NCBI GenBank assembly: GCA_044344255.1
Contig: JBIJDH010000022.1
Span: 1-64,000 of the forward strand
DNA: 64,000 nucleotides
Reading direction: 5' to 3'
DNA from: Myxococcota bacterium
Lineage (GTDB): Bacteria; Myxococcota_A; UBA796; UBA2385
The notes beneath the pieces are model-generated. The model was not told the origin of the DNA. It was given only the letters and a program-made list of their open reading frames with translations, and did not search any database. A program made the translations under genes and the position numbers. Below, one piece after another: positions 60,772 to 64,000 of the stretch. Each line of letters opens with the position of its first letter. Within the stretch, counting starts at the first letter, position 1.

Positions 60772-63290
60772 CCGCCTCCATCGCCCCGCTCCGCCCGCTC
60801 CTCTTCGCCTTGCCGCTCGCGCTCGGCGCCTGCGACCTGGTCGAAGTGCCCGAGATGGCCGACCACCCGCCCCTGCACGGGGTCACCGTCGTCTCGAAGG
60901 TGAAGCTCGACGCCTTCTACCCTACCGACGTCCTGCCCACGGCCGCCGGGGCGCTCGTGATCGACGGCTACAACAGCCGCCTCCTCGCCATCGACGCCGC
61001 CGGCGCCTCCCAGGAGCTCTCGATCGACCCCGCCACCTGGGCCGGCAGCCTCCGGCTCGGCGCGGGCAAGGAGGGGCATTGGGTCTCCGACGCGGGGGCG
61101 CGGGTCCTCCTCATCGCCCCCGACGGCGGCATCCTCCGCGAGCTCGAGCTGCCCTTCGGCGCCGACGACGTCCACGAGCCCGTGGCCCTGCTCGACCGCG
61201 GCGCCGAGCTGCTCGTCACCGACCGCCAGCACCACCTCCACTGGCTCGACCCGCAAGACGGCCACTTCCTCCGCTCGGTCGACCTCGGCGCCGAGGCCCC
61301 CGCCGTGCTGACCGACCTCGTCCCGCGTACGGGCGGCGGCTTCTGGGCCACCGATCCGCTCGCCGCCCAGGTCATCGGCTTCTCCGCCGACGGCGTGGTC
61401 GAGCTCCGCTTCGGGCACCGGGGCGGCGGCGTGGGCAACCTCGTCCAGCCCAAGGGGCTCGCGGTGGTGCAAGGCGGCGTCTTTGTCGCCGACTCCGCGC
61501 TCGGGATCGTCCAGCTCTTCGATGAGAAGGGCCAATTCCGCGCCGCCCTCTCCGACTTCGGAGACAAGAAGCAGGAGGCCCCGCTCGACTTCGGCCACCC
61601 CGTCGCCGTGGAGGACGCCGGAGACGGCCGACTCCTCGTGCTCGACGCCGAGGGCCCCACCCTCTGGACCCTCGAGCTCCGGGCGCCGGCCGTCGCCGCC
61701 CGCCTGGCCCAGCCCCCCGGCCGCTGGCAGCGCAGCCCGATCCTCGAGGTGATGGACAAGGTCCCCGGCGAGAACGGAGAGACCTGCCTCCAGTGCCACG
61801 ACGGCTTCGTCAAGGACAGCCGCCGCAATTGGGATCCCACCCGCTCACACCACCCGGTCCACACCGAGGTCAAGCGCGAGCTCCCCGCCTTCTTCCCCCT
61901 CGACGACAAGGGGCAGCTCGCCTGTGAGACCTGCCACAGCCCCCACGGCGAGGTCAACCCCAAGCAGGCCATCGAGGCCAAGACCGAGGAGGAGCGCGCG
62001 CAGCTCAAGCGCCAGGAGACGGGGAGCTTCACCCGCCTCTCGATGGACGACGCCTCCCTCTGTATCGCCTGTCATGCCGGCGACCCCCACGCGGCCGTCT
62101 CCGAGCAGCTCGGCGTCGGCAAGAGCCACCTCGCCGGGCAGGCCCTCCGCGAGGCCCTCGAGCGCCGCCCGAACGCGGTGCCGGGAGAGGCCGCCCAAGC
62201 CGACCTCGGCTGCGTCGGCTGCCACGCCGTCCACGGCGGCGACGGGGAGTCCCTCTCTCGACAGACGAGCGACGGGCGGGTCTGCGCCAACTGCCACGAG
62301 TCGCAGGCCACCACGGGCCACCCCACCGGGACCCGCGCCGCCTCCCGCCCCTCTCCGAGCCTCGCCTCAGCGATCCCGCTCGACCAGCAGGGACACGTGA
62401 GCTGCATGTCCTGCCACGACCTCTCCGACGCCCGGGGAGAGTCCCTGCTCCGAGATCCCGCCGACGGCGGCCAGCTCTGCGCCTCCTGCCACAAAGACCT
62501 CGCCGCCACCGTGCGGACCGAGCACAGCGGCCACGGTCTCGCCTGTCAGGACTGCCACGACCCCCACGCCGGGAAGGGCGAGCACCTGCTCGACGCGAGC
62601 CTCGTCGCCGCCACCGCCCGCGCTGAGTCTGACCCCCTCGGCTGCACGAGCTGCCACGGCCCGAAGGGGAAGGGCGGCGCCGTCACCGCCCTCCACCCCC
62701 TCGGCGCCAAGGCCCCGAACGGCAGCACCGTCTCGTGCGCGAGCTGCCACACCGACGCCCACGCTCCTTCCAAGGCCCCTGCGGCCGGCTGCGCCGACTG
62801 CCACACGGAGCAGGCCCAGGCCCAGAAGGCGGGCGGCCACGCCGGGCACGGCGACGTCGCCTGCGTGACCTGCCACAACCCCCACAAAGCCAGCGCCACC
62901 GCGGGCCTCGCCCCCGCGGGCACCAACCCTGCGTCCCTCCGCTGCCTGACCTGTCACTCGGAGAGCGCCCGCGGCCAGGCCGAGGCCCCCAAGGTCGCCG
63001 CCTACGAGCACCCCGCGCCGGTCTTCAAGACCGACGGCACCCGCTGGGAGCCGCTGGGCGGCCTGCCCCTCTACGACAAGCGCGGGATCGCGGTCGGCCC
63101 GAAGGAGAACGGCGCCCTCACCTGCCAGTCCTGCCACCTCACCCACGGGCCGGCGGAGGGCGCCGAGAAGCTGCGCCGCCCCGACGGCTGGAAGGAGGCC
63201 TGCGCCTCCTGTCACGGCGCCGACAGCCTCGTGCTCTATCGGTACTTCCACCAGCCCGACCGCCGCAAGGACATCGTGGTGAAGCCGTGA
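60768..63290 (+). CDS. NHL beta-propeller fused to a 15-heme cytochrome c, lipoprotein
   Basis: LGAC lipobox; FGHRGGGVGNLVQPKGLAV..VFVADS; 15 CXXCH counted in the C-terminal ~500 aa. Confidence 0.9.
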   Translation: MTASIAPLRPLLFALPLALGACDLVEVPEMADHPPLHGVTVVSKVKLDAFYPTDVLPTAAGALVIDGYNSRLLAIDAAGASQELSIDPATWAGSLRLGAGKEGHWVSDAGARVLLIAPDGGILRELELPFGADDVHEPVALLDRGAELLVTDRQHHLHWLDPQDGHFLRSVDLGAEAPAVLTDLVPRTGGGFWATDPLAAQVIGFSADGVVELRFGHRGGGVGNLVQPKGLAVVQGGVFVADSALGIVQLFDEKGQFRAALSDFGDKKQEAPLDFGHPVAVEDAGDGRLLVLDAEGPTLWTLELRAPAVAARLAQPPGRWQRSPILEVMDKVPGENGETCLQCHDGFVKDSRRNWDPTRSHHPVHTEVKRELPAFFPLDDKGQLACETCHSPHGEVNPKQAIEAKTEEERAQLKRQETGSFTRLSMDDASLCIACHAGDPHAAVSEQLGVGKSHLAGQALREALERRPNAVPGEAAQADLGCVGCHAVHGGDGESLSRQTSDGRVCANCHESQATTGHPTGTRAASRPSPSLASAIPLDQQGHVSCMSCHDLSDARGESLLRDPADGGQLCASCHKDLAATVRTEHSGHGLACQDCHDPHAGKGEHLLDASLVAATARAESDPLGCTSCHGPKGKGGAVTALHPLGAKAPNGSTVSCASCHTDAHAPSKAPAAGCADCHTEQAQAQKAGGHAGHGDVACVTCHNPHKASATAGLAPAGTNPASLRCLTCHSESARGQAEAPKVAAYEHPAPVFKTDGTRWEPLGGLPLYDKRGIAVGPKENGALTCQSCHLTHGPAEGAEKLRRPDGWKEACASCHGADSLVLYRYFHQPDRRKDIVVKP

Positions 63291-63439
63291 CCGCCCCCAC
63301 CGCCACCGATCCGAGCGCCAACCGGCTCCGGACCCTCAAGCTGTCGCTCCTCGCCTTCATCCTCGGCTTCATCGCCGTCGGTGGGGTCGCGATGAACATT
63401 CGGTTTCTGTGGAACGCCTATCTGCACGGGGGCCTCTAG
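63287..63439 (+). CDS. 50-aa single-TM protein
   Basis: GTGA overlap upstream and TAG/GTG overlap downstream; LSLLAFILGFIAVGGVAM. Confidence 0.7.
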   Translation: MTAPTATDPSANRLRTLKLSLLAFILGFIAVGGVAMNIRFLWNAYLHGGL

Positions 63440-64000
63440 TGTCAGCCCATCCTGAACCCTCCGAGGGGGCCGCGGGGACCTCCCTCCTCGGCGCCCCCTT
63501 CCGCTGGCTCCGCGACACCTTCCGCTTCCTCGGCGCCCACCCCTCGAGCTTCGCGGTGGTCGGCGTGGCGCTCGCCGCCGGCGCCCTCGCTGGCGTGCCC
63601 ATGCACGAGAAGGGCTACGACTACATGTGGCGGGACGCGCGCTTCTGCGACGACTGCCACGTCCACGACTATGCGAACGAGGCCTGGGCCACCTCCATCC
63701 ACGGCGGCGTGACCACCTGTCACGACTGCCACCGGGTGCCCATCCGCCACTACCCGCGCAACCTCTTCGTCACCGTCTTCGACGCGCCCCAGTCTGAGGC
63801 CGACATCCACCGCCCCGAGGTGGGCACCCAGATCTGCAGCCAGTGCCACCTGCGCGAGGAAGGAGACGAGCCGCTCACCGGCCCCCTGCCCGAGGCGGTC
63901 CGACAGAAGCTCGTCAAGGTCGACGACAGCCCGCTGCACAAGGTCCACATGTCGGCCACCTCCCGGCTTCCCTCCGCCTACCAGCGCGGCAAGGAAGACC
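63439..64000 (+). CDS. NapC/NirT (NrfH/CymA)-like membrane cytochrome c, 3'-partial
   Basis: Translated by hand; absent from the ORF track. TM helix, then YMWRDARFCDDCH..WATSIH..CHDCH...ICSQCH. Open to the window end. Confidence 0.8.
   Translation, partial: MSAHPEPSEGAAGTSLLGAPFRWLRDTFRFLGAHPSSFAVVGVALAAGALAGVPMHEKGYDYMWRDARFCDDCHVHDYANEAWATSIHGGVTTCHDCHRVPIRHYPRNLFVTVFDAPQSEADIHRPEVGTQICSQCHLREEGDEPLTGPLPEAVRQKLVKVDDSPLHKVHMSATSRLPSAYQRGKED

Overview
High-GC bacterial DNA, probably Myxococcota/deltaproteobacterial (inferred from an FHA-sigma54 activator, many lipoproteins and the long-form HflX). (i) 1-3047: a decayed accessory island at the 3' end of tmRNA (ssrA, 3048-3425, minus strand, tag ANNNKHFALAA). 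It holds a broken AbiE-like pair, an S1-domain gene, a 24-bp inverted-repeat element and a PD-(D/E)xK-like nuclease. (ii) 3.7-51 kb: housekeeping and accessory genes, including a PaaZ/BoxD-like ALDH, murB, RluA, MATE, cNMP-patatin, hflX with a probable ATC start, two c-di-GMP genes, a sigma54-driven rhodanese/TauE/YeeE operon, a GMC oxidoreductase, a Suv3-like helicase, a vanadium haloperoxidase-like lipoprotein, a DODA dioxygenase and NnrU. (iii) 51.3-64 kb, the main finding: a multiheme cytochrome locus with at least 63 heme-binding motifs in 8 proteins. A collagen-tethered decaheme MtrC/OmcA-like lipoprotein sits beside a translationally coupled operon of 8-, 10-, 7-, 2-, 8- and 15-heme cytochromes, a ~426-aa porin-like protein and a NapC/NirT-like membrane cytochrome that runs off the window. 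It looks like a hybrid quinol-to-surface electron conduit with no recognisable MtrA/MtrB. All family calls come from motif recognition by eye; no searches were run.
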